DNA of 64,000 bases. It comes from the human T2T-CHM13v2.0 reference genome, Homo sapiens. Location: NCBI RefSeq assembly GCF_009914755.1, contig NC_060941.1. One strand, 5' to 3'. Within the stretch, counting starts at the first letter, position 1. Each line of letters starts with the position of its first letter. The notes under the pieces are model-generated. The model worked only from the letters and a program-made list of their open reading frames with translations, searched no databases and was not told the origin of the DNA. Position numbers and translations under genes: made by a program. This document shows positions 19,946-35,526 of the stretch, in pieces.

Positions 19946-20045
19946 TGGGACAATTCGAGTATGGGAATTGGATCTTCCAAATAGAAAAATCTGGCCAACT
20001 GAGTGCCAAACAGGACAGTTGAAAAGAATAGTCATGAGTATTGGA
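19946..20045 (+). CDS. CFAP52: CFAP52 exon 5 (100 nt)
   Basis: acatag|TGGG...TTGGA|gtaagt; GTIRVWELDLPNRKIWPTECQTGQLKRIVMSIG. Confidence 0.95.
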
Positions 20046-20187
20046 GTAAGTATTAATTTAAGTATTAAGTAACAATTAGCACACGTTCCTGTTAGCAGTG
20101 CTGACCAAGGTGTTTGTGTGTGTGTACATGGGGCTGGGGATAGGAAAGTGGGGTATAGACATAGGGGATGTTGATTGAAGAAGCTCA

Positions 20188-20586
<399 letters not shown>

Positions 20587-20792
20587 CTAGGCTGTCATCA
20601 AACACCGAAAGCCTGCCTCACCTGGATGAAAGCAATGCAGCCCGTGGCACTCAGAGCCCACAGCACATTCCTATGCCACTGATGCTATTTCTGCCACTGA
20701 AAATAAAGTTTCTGACCATGAAATCCATTGTTGAAATGCAATCTCTTCCATAAAGAGAAATTATTAATATATTTTAAATGTGGGTTTATATA

Positions 20793-21036
20793 TTCAGGTT
20801 GCATATTCCTTATCTGACATGCATATAGCCAGAAGTGTTTTGAATTTTGGATTTTCTTCAGATTTTGGAGTATTTGCATTATACTTCCAAGTTCAGCATC
20901 TCTAATCTGAAAATTCAAAATTTGAGATGTGCTAATGAGCATTTCCTTGGAGTGTCACATCAGCACTCAACAATTTCCGATTTTGGAGCATTTCAGATTT
21001 TAGATTTTTAGATTTTTGGATTATACTCAACCTGTA
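20793..21036. mobile_element. Tigger4a/MER46-like MITE
   Basis: CAGGTTG...CAACCTG terminal inverted repeats, TA flank. Confidence 0.7.
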
Positions 21037-21410
21037 TAACTTCATTCTCCATGGACTGATTCCTCTTGTTTAATGCATAGTCATTTTATGGATATAAGCT
21101 TTGGAAAATATGAGATAAAGCAAATGTACATCCTTTTTGGAGGGGCACACCTTTATCCTAGGAGCCCTTAAGAGATGTCTCAAAATTCTGAACTGGCAGA
21201 GGATGCCTATTAACATCAGAACCAGATAGACTTCAAGTGAAAGGCACAGGCTAATTGGGGTCGAATATTTCCTCCCATTCTATGTGTAGCCCTTACCCTG
21301 CTCCCCTCAGAGCTGTTCTGACCCATCTTTGAGCCTGGGGAAATAGAAGCAGCCCTGAGCATCTTTGTAAGTCTTCATGGGGTGCCAGAGGAACCTCATC
21401 CCATTCCTGA

Positions 21411-21903
<493 letters not shown>

Positions 21904-21911
21904 GTGAGTAG

Positions 21912-22530
<619 letters not shown>

Positions 22531-22667
22531 TAAAAAGTCAGTGATGGACCCAAAGCCACATCTCAATTTGCAAGGTACATTGGCCAGTTCTCTATGCCCT
22601 CGTCTCTGGTTTTTATTCTGGGTAAAGACATTTCTAGGTGTCCTGAATTAGGGAATCAGAACCACAT

Positions 22668-23151
22668 TTCCAGTTCTGTGAAGAAAGTCATTGGCGGCAC
22701 TATTCACAATAGCAAAGACTTGGAACCAACCCAAATGTCCAACAATGATAGACTGGATTAAGAAAATGTGGCACATATACACCATGGAATACTATGCAGC
22801 CATAAAAAAGGATGAGTTCATGTCCTTTGTAGGGACATGGATGAAGCTGGATACCATCATTCTCAGCAAGCTATTCCAAGAACAAAAAACCAAACACCAC
22901 ATTTTCTTACTCATAGGTGGGAATTGAACAATGAGAACACATGGACCCGGGAAAGGGAACATCACACACCAGGGACTGTTGTGGGGTGGGGGGAGGGGGG
23001 AGGGATAGCATTAGGAGATATACCTAATGTAAATGACGAGTTAATGGGTGCAGCACACCAACATGGCACATGTATACATATGTAACAAACCTGCACGTTG
23101 TGCACATGTACCCTAAAACTTAAAGTATAATAATAATAAAATTTTAAAAAA
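22668..23151 (+). mobile_element. 5'-truncated L1PA with short 5' inversion
   Basis: ORF2 C-terminus and 3'UTR with older GAG diagnostic; 27-nt inverted ORF2 piece at 22668-22694; TSD ag(a/t)accacattt. Confidence 0.85.
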
Positions 23152-23849
23152 AGTACCACATTTATGTTCACCTCTTCAAAGCATAGGGCCTATTGCTTTG
23201 TGATTTTAAACTGCGTTGGTTCCAGCCCCATTGCCATACATAAGAGAAGTGTGCTCTTTGATCTATAAAACTATATATATAATTTTTGTCTACTTTACTA
23301 ACTAGATCTTAGATTTTAGCCTCAGCTGACATTATAAGTCGTGAGCAAGACCTAGAAATAGTCAACTGTTTATATTTACAGACTTCCTAGCAATTCTAGT
23401 TAAAAGGACAGTTAGAGACTTTGATATTTATACCAAAATAAAAAGCTACCATCAAAGGATAATTTTATATAACAAATGCTGCTATTTCCAGCACCCCAGT
23501 AACTTATCAGGGCTGTTTCTACTAAACTTTGAATTTGAAAGCTTGTACTATGTTCTGCACCTGCCTATCTCGTTTCTGATAACAGAACAGATGGTTCTAA
23601 CTAAGCTTAGATACTTTTCCACGTAGCAGATATTCTCAAGAAACTTTGAAATACTGCACTGTGTTCCTGGGAAAATGTCACAGTTTTCTTAGTCACATAA
23701 TCATTTAATATTCAAGCATTCAAGGAGATGCATAAAAAGAGGGAAAAACTATAGTATAAGTAGAGAAGAGTTTAGAAATAATGCTACAAGAGATTGAAGT
23801 GTAGCTTTTCAAGTGTGGTTTTTCTAATTCTTTTTAGGATAGGAATTCT

Positions 23850-24655
23850 TTTTTTATTATTATACTTCATACATGTGGGATACATGTGCAGACCGTGCAG
23901 GTTTGTTACATAGGTATACACGTGCCATGGTGGTTTGCTGCACCCATTAACCCGTCGTCTACATTAAGTATTTCTCTTAATGCTATCCCTTTTCTAGCCC
24001 CCACCCCTGACAGGCCCCGGTGTGTGATGTTCCCCTCCCTGTGTCCATGTGTCCTCATTGTTCAACTCTCACTTATGAATGAGAACATGCGGTGTTTGGT
24101 TTTCTGTTCCTGTTTAGTTTGCTGAGAATGATGGTTTCCAGCTTCATCCATGTCCCTGCAAAGGACATGAACTCATTCTTTTTTATGGCTGCATAGTATT
24201 CCATGGTGTATATGTGCCACATTTTCTTTCTATCCAGTCTATCATTGATGGACATTTGGGTTGGTTCCAAGTCTTTGCTATTGTGAATAGTGCCACAATA
24301 AACATACATGTGCATGTAGAATGATTTATAATCCTTTGAGTATATACGCAGTAATGGGATTGCTGGGTCAAATGGTATTTCTGGTTCTAGATCCTTGAGG
24401 AATCACCACACTGTCTTCCACAATGGCTGAACTAATTTACACTCCCACCAACAGTGTAAAAGTGTTCCTATTTCTCCACATCCTCCCCAGCATCTGTTGT
24501 TTCCTGACTTTTTAATGATCGCCATTCTAACTAACGTGAGATGGTATCGCATTGCAGTTTTGATTTACATTTCTCTAATGACCAGTAATAATGAGCTTTT
24601 TCTCATATGTTTGTTGGCCGCATAAATATCTTCTTTTGAGAAGTGTGTGTTCATA
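23850..24655 (-). mobile_element. 5'-truncated L1PA
   Basis: Perfect 15-bp TSD taggataggaattct 23835-23849 / 24656-24670; ORF2 C-terminal relic. Confidence 0.9.
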
Positions 24656-24791
24656 TAGGATAGGAATTCTAATATATTAAACAAATAAAAACAAAGCACA
24701 TCAGGTTAAGGAGAGCAAGTCTTAGAGCCCTGCCAGTGCCAACTCCTGAGATGCCTCCAAAGAGCTCCATGTAACACTACCTGAAAACTAG

Positions 24792-25228
<437 letters not shown>

Positions 25229-25419
25229 TTAAGTAGATATTTCATGTTCATGGATAGGAAGACTCAGTATTGTCACGATATGAGTTCTTCTTAATTTGAA
25301 CTATAGATTTACTGCAATCCCAATAAACATCCCAGCAAGTTATTTTGTGTCTGTAGACAAACTGATTCTACAGTTTACACAGAGGGGCAAAAGACTCCGA
25401 CTAGAAAGCACAATATTGA

Positions 25420-25565
25420 TACCTAATGTAGATGACGGGTAATATAGATGATGTAGATGATGGGTTGATGGGTGCAGCAAACCACTATGGCACATGTACA
25501 CCTATGTAACAAACCCGCATGTTCTGCACATGTATCCCAGAACTTGAAGTATAATTTTTAAAAAA
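25420..25565 (+). mobile_element. Extremely truncated L1PA 3' end nested in L1M
   Basis: 17-bp TSD agaaagcacaatattga 25403-25419 / 25566-25582. Confidence 0.8.
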
Positions 25566-26205
25566 AGAAAGCACAATATTGAAGAAGAACACAGTTGGAG
25601 GAGTGACACTACCAGATTTCAAGACTTACCATAAAACTACAGTAATCAAGACAGTGTAGGGTTGGTGAAAGAATAGATAAATGGATCAATGGGACAGAAT
25701 AGAGAGCCCAAACATGAATTCACATAGTCAACTGATCATTGGTGAAAGAGCAAAGGAAATACAATGGAAAAAAAGATCGTCTTTTTAATAAATAATGCTA
25801 AACACCTGGAAAACCAAAAAATAAAAATAAAAAAGCCTAGACACAGACCTTATACCTTTCACAAAAATTAACTCAAAATGGATTACAGACCTAAAACACA
25901 AAACAATAGAACTCCTGAAAGATAAAATCCAGAAGACCTAAGATGTGGTGATAACTTTTAGCTATAATACCCATGAAAGAAAGAATTGAAAAGCTGGACT
26001 TCCTTAAAATCAAAAATTCTGCTCCATGAAAGACACTGTCAAGAGAATGAAAAATAAAGATACAGAGTGAGAGGAAATATTGGCAAAAGACATACCTGAA
26101 TAAGGACTGTTACCCAAAATATACAGAGAACTTTTAAAACTCAACAATAAGAAATGGGCCAAAGACCTTAACTGCCACCTCCCCTAAAGAAGATATACAG
26201 ATGGC

Positions 26206-26473
26206 AGCCGGGCGCAGTGGCTTGTGCCTGTAATCCCAGCACTTTGGGAGGCTGAGGCGGGCCGATCACCTGAGGTCAGGAGTTTAAGACCAGCGGGGCC
26301 AACATGGTGAAACCCCGTCTCTACTAAAAATACAAAAGTTAGCCAAGTGTGGTGGTGTGAGCCTGTAATCCCAGCTACTAGGGAGGCTGAGGCAGGAGAA
26401 TCACTTGAACCCGGCAGTGAGATCACGCCATTGCACTTCAGCCTGGGGGACACAGCAAGACTCTGTCTCAAAA

Positions 26474-26520
<47 letters not shown>
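26206..26520 (+). mobile_element. Alu with (AAAT)n tail
   Basis: 20-bp TSD aagaagatatacagatggca. Confidence 0.9.
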
Positions 26521-27145
26521 AAGAAGATATACAGATGGCAAGTAAGCATATGGAAAGATACTCTATGTCTTATATCAGCCGGGAAATGTAATTAAAACAG
26601 CAATGAGGCACGACTACATACCTTTTCAAATGGCCAAAATCCAGAACACTAACAACACCTAATATTGACAGAGATGGAGAGCAGTGAGTACTATTGTTCA
26701 TTGCTGATGGGAATGCAAAATAGTACGGCCACTTTGGAAGATAGTTTGGTGGTTTCTTGCAAAATTAAACTTACTCTTACCATGTAATGCAGCAGTTGCA
26801 CTCCTTGCTATTTACCCAAAGGAGCTGAAAACTTATGTTCACACGAGAACCTGCACACAGATGTTTACAGAAGCTTTATCCATAATTGCCAAAACTTGGA
26901 AGCAACCAAGATGTCCTTCAGTAAGTAAAGGGATACGTAAACTGTGATACATCCAAACAATGGCATATTAATCAGTACTAAAAAGAAATGAGCTATAAAG
27001 TCAGGAAAAGACTTTATAGGAAAAGAAGGAAACTGAGATGCACATTACTGAGTGGAAGATGCCAGTCTGAAAGACTGCACACCATTTGATTCTAACTATA
27101 TGACATTCTGGAAAAGGCAAAATTATGGAGACAATAAAAAGATCA

Positions 27146-27433
27146 GGCTGGGCGCGGTGGCTGACACCACTAATCCCAGCACTTTGTGGGGAGCTGAGAC
27201 GAGCAGATCATGAGGTCAAGAGATCAAGACCATCCTGGCCATCTCTACTAAAAATACAAAAATTAGCTGGGTGTGGTGGTACATGCCTGTAGTTCCAGCT
27301 ACTCGGGAGGCTGAGGCAGGAGAATTGCTTCAACTCAGGAGGTGGAGGTTGCATTGAGCCGAGATCGCGCCCCTGCACTTCAGCCTGGCGACAGAGTGAG
27401 ACTCCATCTGAAAAAAAAAAAAAAAAAAAAAAA
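27146..27433 (+). mobile_element. Alu (S)
   Basis: Alu dimer motifs. Confidence 0.9.
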
Positions 27434-27811
27434 ATCAGTGCTTGCCATGGGTTAGCAGGGAGGGAGGAGTGAATGGGTAAAGCACAGAGGATGTTTTGGG
27501 CAGTGAAACTATTCTGTATGGCACTATAATGGTAAATATATGTTGCTATTAATTTGTCCAAACCCAGAGAGTATGCAATGCCAAGAGGGAACCCTAATGT
27601 ACACAATGGATTTTGGGTGATAATGATGTGTCCACATAGGTTTATTAGCTGTCATACATCTACTCTGCTGGAAGATATTGATAATGGGAGAGGCTCTTTA
27701 ACTGTGGGGGAAAGAAGTATTGGGGAAATCTCAAATACTTGTATCTTCTGTTTAATTTTGCTGCAAACCTAAAACTGCTCTAAAAAAAATAGCCTAGTAA
27801 AAACAAAAATA

Positions 27812-28095
27812 GTCCAGGCAAGGTGGATCATGCCTGTAATCTTAGCGCTTTGGGAGGCCAAGGCAGGAGGATCACTTGAGGCTGGAGTTTGAGGCCAGCC
27901 TGGGCAGCATAGAAATACCCTATTTCTGTGAAAAGTTTTTAAAAATTAGCCGGCGTGGTGGCATGCATCTATAGTCCTGGCTACTGGGGAGGCTGAGGCA
28001 GGAGAATTGCTTCATCCCGGGAGTTCGTGGTTACAGTGAGCTGTGATTGTGCCACTGCACTCCAGCCTGGGTGGCAGAGACCCTGTCTCCAAAAT
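27812..28095 (+). mobile_element. Alu (J)
   Basis: Alu dimer motifs. Confidence 0.85.
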
Positions 28096-28149
28096 ACACA
28101 CACACACACACACGAACATGCAAATACAAAAATGGTATCTGTCAATAAA

Positions 28150-28360
28150 TGCTGATGTGTCAGACATGGTGCAAAACCCCTTCCTTAAATGATCTCATTC
28201 GATCTTCATAAACGCCTAATGAGATAGGTACCATTTTCATCCCTGCTTTACAGATGAGAAAACTGAGGCTCTTAACATTGGAAATCTCCTGGCTTGCAAG
28301 TAATAGAGCTGAGATTTCAACCCAGGCCGACTGGCTGCAGAACCTGTGCACTTGAATGAC
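28150..28360 (-). mobile_element. MIR
   Basis: TTTACAGATGAGAAAACTGAGGCT core. Confidence 0.7.
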
Positions 28361-28772
28361 GTCATCTATAGTTTTAAAAAGTTTATTTAGAAATCACACA
28401 TATGTAGCTTCGAGGCGCTGTTGAACTCTTTACCACTTGCATCCCCAAGTCCCCAGATAAATGCTAAAAAATTCACTCCATGTTTTGTCTCCTCATAGGC
28501 TGAGCCTTCATCCTGTTGTCCTGCTGAGGCACTTAGGAAGTTAGGGGTGAGGGGTGGAAGCTGGGGAGCATGTAATTCTGGTCCTTGCCTTCACATTCTT
28601 GAGCCTTGGTTTCTCTTCTCAATCACAAAATGTCTTTTGAGCCACAACAGGCTAAATTCAGTGTAAAGTAACTTGAAAGGGCAGGATATTTGTTTTATCA
28701 TATTCAAAATTCATTAAGACACAAACCTATACAGTCACTAGCTATACTGAATGTTTTAAAATCAAATGTTGT

Positions 28773-29090
28773 GGCTGAGTGTGGTGGCTCACACCTGTAA
28801 TCCCATCACTTTGGGAGGCTGAGGCAGGAGGATCACTTCAGGTGAGGAGTTCGAGACCAGCCTGGCCAACATGGCGAAACCCCATCTCTACTGAAAATAC
28901 AAAAATTAACCAGGCATGATGGCACATGCCTATAATCCCAGCTACTCTGGTGGGTGAGTCACAAGAATCGCTTGAACTTGGGAGGCAGAGGGTGCAGTGA
29001 GTTGAGATCATGCCACTGCACTCCAGTCTGAGTGACAGAGAGAGACTCTGCCTCAAAAAAACAATAGTAATAACAAATAAATAAAATAAA
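28773..29090 (+). mobile_element. Alu (S)
   Basis: Alu dimer motifs. Confidence 0.9.
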
Positions 29091-29827
29091 ATATTGCTCA
29101 CGCACATTTTAAAATTAGAACTTCACAGTGGATACTATAAAACAACCATCATACATTGTCAAGCCTTTTTTTTCTTTGGAGAGAATGGTGGGGGGCACCC
29201 CAACCTTTGAAGAGCACTTTAAATTTTAAATATGTTTCCCACTCTTATGTAGTACATGTTGTAGTTCAGATAATACAGTCGCCAAACAATAAGAAGTCTA
29301 TTGTGCTTTCTTGGGATATTAAATATGGTCCCTTTGCATTTGTAAGAATTAAGTTCTGGTGAAAACAGTGGCAGCTGAGAGACTAGCATTGCTGAGGTTA
29401 TGCTTATACCTTCTCTTGGCTGCATTTGAGTGGATGTAAAAGTGTTAATTTTTAAAATATTCAAAATGCACCAGTGGTTTTAGGGAGGAAGGATGGTGAA
29501 GCCTGTTTGCATCCTGTAGGCCCAGGAGGGTTACTTCCTGGCAAGTGAGCTTGTTGTTGGCACTGAATCCCCTTGGTCAGCCTGGGGGTGCATCGCGAGC
29601 AGAACCTTCATGAACATCCTCCAGGCAATGTGTGCAGCACTGGCATGACTTTGGCCATCTTTAATTCATCTTTCATTCAGCTTTTTTCTTTTTTTCATTA
29701 ATATTTAAAATTTTTTTTATTGCCATATGTTTTTGGGGAACAGGTGGTATTTGGTTACATGAGTACATTCTTTAGTGGTGATTTGTGAGATTTTTGTGCT
29801 TTTTCTTAACACAGTTTTTCCCCCTAG

Positions 29828-29928
29828 GGAGTGTCAGCTATCAGGTGCCTGAAGATGGGGGGTTTGTTGGTGGGCTCTGGAGCCGGACTGCTGGTCTTCT
29901 GTAAAAGCCCTGGCTACAAACCCATCAA
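29828..29928 (+). CDS. CFAP52: CFAP52 exon 7 (101 nt)
   Basis: ccctag|GGAGTG...CATCAA|gtaagt; GVSAIRCLKMGGLLVGSGAGLLVFCKSPGYKPI(K); not present in the ORF track. Confidence 0.95.
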
Positions 29929-31120
29929 GTAAGTTCCGGGTCTCACACAGTGGGGCTGGGTAGAGACCCACTAAACGGAGATTTGCTTAAAGCCAGCAAC
30001 TCGATGATATCGGCAAAGTGATATTTGGTTAAAAAATTTCATCTTGCTGTTAGAATGAGTAGTTGGAATCACAATAGATGGTGGCTTCTTTGTCAACGAA
30101 AAGACAAAAGCTTATGTTGAATCAAACCAAAGTAGTCCACTATTACCCAGAGGAACACTGCCCATTTAATAAATACATAAGTTTGTATTTAGCTAACACA
30201 TTGAGCCATGATGAAAGGAATGGGATGTTATAAACTTATCCAAGAAATAACCCCCAATGTTAAATGTTCAAAATTGGTTAACTCAATGAAATTTATTATG
30301 CAATGGGTACCTATTATGTGCAAAGCATTGTGTTAATCATGCATTTGAATACAATTTATAATAGAAATAGCCAGCATTCACCAGCCATTTCTATATGCCA
30401 GATACTCTGCTATGTATGTTTCTTGGCTCATTTAATTAAAATAAAATGAAACAAAACCTTATTTATTGCCATAACAATGTGCTTATTCAGCACCTCCTCC
30501 AACCAAACCAATGTATTAGATACTATTAATAAAATAAAGAAAAATAAGCTATGGTCTTTGTCCTCCCAGAACTTACAGACTCGTTTGGGGCTAAGGTATG
30601 TACACACGAAAGAAGTCACTACCAGACAAGATAGGATATTAGCACATGGTCCAGATAAAGTAAAATATATTATGAATGTTGTAGAGATCAGAGAAGAGGA
30701 TGACCTTCTCGGGATGGAAAGATCAGGGAGGACAGTTCACAGAGGGATGGGCTTAAACAAAAACCAGATACCCCACACATGTGCTTTATGGCCTCTGCTA
30801 CCCCCAGGAAGCCAGGGGTAGTTGCACACATGTTGTAGAAATGAGCACCAGCTGTCTTCATTCCAAGAAATCTGTGTTGAACATTCACGGGGTACCAGGC
30901 ATCATTCTAGGTGCTTAGGATATCTCAGTGAATAAAACATAAAAGATGAAAAAAAAATCCCTGTCCTCATGGAGCTTACATTCTAGCAGGAAGGAAAAGG
31001 CAATAAATAAGAAACAAAATAAACAAGGAAAGTACATAGTATTAGAGGGTGATAAGTACAATGGAGAAAAATGAAGTAGGATGCAGAGTAAGGGGATTAT
31101 GGTTTGAATAGAAGCAGGGA

Positions 31121-31416
31121 GGCCAGGTGCAGTGGCTCACGCCTGCAATCCCAGCTCTTTGGGAGGTCGAGGCAAGTGGATCGCTTGAGCCCAGGAGTTC
31201 CAGCCCAGCCTGGGCAACACAGTGAAGCCTCATCTCTACAAAAAAATACAAAAATTAGCCAGATGTGGTGGCACATACCTGTAGTCCCAGCTACTCAGGA
31301 GGCTGAAGCGGGAGGATTGATTGAGGTTGATCAGTCAACCTCAAGGTTGAGGCTGGAGTGAGCCATGATCATGGCACTGAACTCAGCCTGGGTGACAGAA
31401 CGAGACCTCGTCTCAA
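31121..31416 (+). mobile_element. Alu (J)
   Basis: Alu dimer motifs. Confidence 0.85.
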
Positions 31417-32141
31417 TTTTTTTTTTAAATAAAAAAGCAGTGTATACATTGCCATTTTAAATTCAGTGGTCAAGATTGGGCTTATTGAGAATGTTTTAGA
31501 CCAGTTTCATGCTTGTATGAAGGGAAATGAGGGAGGGAGGAGTCTTTAGAACAATATTGGAAGCCTTCCAGGTTATTATACATGCTCAAGTTCGAAAGCC
31601 ACAGCCCCAGAGAATGCTGGGAGCAGCATTCATCAGGAGCCTGGTGCCTGGACAACCTCATGGAATAGACACTTATAAAACCTGGAATCTGATTTCTGGA
31701 GAGAGAGAGAGAGAGAGAGACAGAGACAGAGAGAGACAGAGAGAGAGAGAAGCTCCTCTCTTAATTTACAACCGAACCTGAATCCTAATACAGGTGAGGT
31801 GGGGGAGAGGAATGATGAGAAACTTAACCTTAAAATAGCAACAATCAGGAGAGGAAAGAAATAACATCCAAGTATTGTCGATAATACAAGATGCAAGAAA
31901 TAAAATCAAGTAAAAAACAAACTATGTTGGGTTATCTCTGGATGTATGAAGTGAATATAGTAAATTAACCTTCTAATTTTTTACCCCTTTGTTTTTAGTG
32001 TGTGTACATTCCCATTATGATGAAGATAAACTCAAAGTAATTATCACCAGGTTTGTGCTATCACTGTTTCCAAAATAACCCTGTGTGACAGTGCAGAATT
32101 AAATCAGATGCGGTGGTTTCCACCTGCTGGGCTTTTTGTAG

Positions 32142-32604
<463 letters not shown>

Positions 32605-33057
32605 TAGCCAGTATTTCTTTGTTGTCATCTGTGGGCTAGCAACAGATATAAAGGAGCAACATCTTCACTGCAACACTTGTAAAGGAGGAATTATTCTGTG
32701 GTTGAGTAAACTGAGGCCAGAGGTTTCTGACAACTTGTCCAGAGTCACAAACCTCTAGTTAGTGCAAGAACTGAGGTTTAACTTGTCATCTTCCTTTCGT
32801 CATTAACTGTTCTGTGTCCCACCAATAAATCTCTAAAACACTGTATTTCCCATGCTGGCTTCTTGCACAAGAACCTGCGTTGAATTCTTCATTGTCTAAA
32901 CTAAACTAGTTACAGAGAGAGTCTGTATCCTAGGGCCTCATTCATGTATATACTTTTTTTTTTAAGTTCATACTCATTATAAAGGGAAGAGGGAGAAATC
33001 TGAAATGTAGAAGAGGAAAAACCAACTCCTTAAGGTTCTGGCAAAGACAACCCCTAG

Positions 33058-33360
33058 TTTTTCTTTTTTTTCTTTTTTTGAGACAGAGTCTCACTCTGTC
33101 ATCCAGGATGGAGGGCAGGGATGAGATTGTGACTCACTGCAGCCTCCAACTCCTGGGCTCAAGTGACCCTTCTACCTCAGACTCCCAAGTAGCTGGGACT
33201 ATAGGTGCGCACCACCACACCTGGCTAATTTATTTTATTTTATTTTTTATTTTTAGAGACAGGGTCTTGCCATGTTGCCCAGGCTAGTCTCAAACTCCTG
33301 GCCTCAAGTGGTCCTCCTTGCCTAGGCCATCCAAAGTGCTGGGATTACAGGCATGAACAA
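33058..33360 (-). mobile_element. Alu (J)
   Basis: Alu dimer motifs. Confidence 0.85.
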
Positions 33361-34015
33361 CTGTACAAGCTCTGAAATGATTTTACTTATAAATAAAATG
33401 TTGTATTCTAATTTTTTACTTAATGCAAGCATCATAAACATTTTCAGTATTATGATGTAATCTTTTTATTATGGTAACATATACACGTACTACATAATCT
33501 TTTAAACTTTTTTTAGGCAAATATCCTATGAAGCTGATGTTCCATAGATCATTTAACTATTCCATTACAACTGGGTATTTAGGTTGTTTCCAACCTTTTA
33601 CTCTTTCAGATAGGGTTATCATAGCATCCTTTGACGTAAAGCATCTTCCCCCTGATTTTAGGATTATTTTTCAGAAGTGGAATTAATAAAGGGGTTAGTT
33701 GCTGTGGTCATTTGTACCCATATGCCTGCCTGGAATATTCCCTCTACCCAAATCCTGCCTGCATTGCACAACCCATGTCAAAACGTTATCTCACTGAAGA
33801 AGCTTTCCTGACTACTTTAACCTATGCTGACCTCTGGCTTTGCTGTTCGTGGGTACACCAACTTGTGAGTAACTCCTGCCTTTTCAACTGTGTCACTTCT
33901 GTGAGGGCGTGTCTGAAATTATATGCCTGATTTGTATCCTCTGCCATGCTTCACATGATTCGTAACTACTTACTGGTTGAGTGAATCTACTTTACTTTTG
34001 TGCTTCTCCCTAAAG

Positions 34016-34186
34016 GAAGATTCAGTTACAAGGCGGCATCACTTCTATCACACTTCGAGGAGAAGGACACCAGTTTCTCGTAGGAACAGAAGAATCGCAC
34101 ATTTATCGTGTCAGCTTCACGGATTTCAAAGAGACGCTCATAGCGACTTGTCACTTTGATGCTGTCAAGGATATTGTCTTTCCATT
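34016..34186 (+). CDS. CFAP52: CFAP52 exon 8 (171 nt)
   Basis: ctaaag|GAAG...CCATT|gtgagt; KIQLQGGITSITLRGEGHQF...CHFDAVKDIVFP(F). Confidence 0.95.
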
Positions 34187-34484
34187 GTGAGTAGAAGAGA
34201 AAAACAAGAATGTGGAGATTTGATGCAGTGTGCCAGGGCATTTAATTTTATGAATGCATTTTCAATATTAATGAACATAGTTATGATTTTTCTCCTTAAA
34301 TTTTTCTAACGTGGTGAATTATTTTAAGAGACTTTCCATTGTCTTTGCCATGCAATTATATTAGCTTTCCAATTCAAATTTGAGTTTCTTTAGAATATTG
34401 ACTTTTCTAATAAACCCCTCATGGAAAGGGTAAGTACCTGACAAAACCTTTCTGTTTTCTTAATCCCATCCAGAGAAAGCTTAG

Positions 34485-34839
34485 TACAGACAGTCCCTGA
34501 CTTATGATTTTTTTTATTTTATGATGGTGTAAAAGCAAAATGTATTCAGTAGAAACTATATTTCAAGTACACATACAACTATTTTGTTTTTCCCTTTCAG
34601 TACAGTATTCAATAAATTACATGAGATATTCGACACTTTATTATAAAATAGGATTTGTGTTAGATGATTTTGCCCAGCTATAGGCTAATGGAAGTGTTCT
34701 GGGTATGTTTAAGGTAGGCTGGGCTAACCTAGGATGTTCAGTAGGTGAAGTGTATTAAGTGCATTTTCGACTTAGGATATTTTCAATTACATTGGGTTTA
34801 TCAGGCATATAGCCCCATCTTAAGACACGAAGTATCTGT
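34485..34839. mobile_element. Tigger3a/MER7-like MITE
   Basis: TACAGA...TCTGT ends; internal CAGTATTCAATAAATTACATGAGATATTC motif. Confidence 0.7.
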
Positions 34840-35173
34840 GGTACCTGTTTTCAAACTTCTTTCCTGTCATTTGTACCTCTTGAGGTCTTCTAGATTTCAC
34901 AGGCTTCATGGTGGTGGGTATTACGAGGGCTTCTGGATCTAGTTGCTGTATTTCTTGGTAAATCTCACCCAGCACAAGTAAAACAAATAACTACCAGCAG
35001 TTTTGATATCAAAAGGAGCTTCAGTCAGATGTTCTGGTATTTGATTTTGTAACACATTTTGTCTTTGGTGAGATTCATTTCATGAAGTTGGTCAGTTTTT
35101 GCTCTGAACTTCCTCAGTACTTAGCTTAATTTATAATACTCAACTTTCAGCAAGACTTATATTCAGACCTCAG

Positions 35174-35526
35174 TTTTTGTTTTGTTTTGTTTTTTGTTTT
35201 TGGGGGGTTTTTGTTTGTTTGTTTGTTTGTTTGTTTGTTTTTGAAGCGGAGTCTTGCTCTGTCACCCAGGCTGGAGTGCAGTGGTGGGATTTCGACTCAC
35301 TGCAACCTCTGCCTCCTCGATTCAAGCGATTCTCCTGCCTCAGCCTCCTGAGTAGCTAGGATTACAGGCATGCACCACCACGCCCGGCTAATTTTTTATA
35401 TTTTTGGTAGAGATGGGGTTTCACCTTGTTGGCCAGGCTGGTCTTGAACTCCCGACTTCAAGTGATCCACCCACCTCAGCCTCCCAAGGTGTTGGGATTA
35501 CAGGCGTGAGCCACTGCACCCGGCCT
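35174..35526 (-). mobile_element. Alu (S)
   Basis: TSD tcagacctcagtttttg. Confidence 0.9.

Larger units (their letters stand above)
25230..27790 (+). mobile_element. Old L1M 3' region interrupted by a small L1PA tail and two Alus
   Basis: Decayed ORF2 and 3'UTR similarity throughout. Confidence 0.75.
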
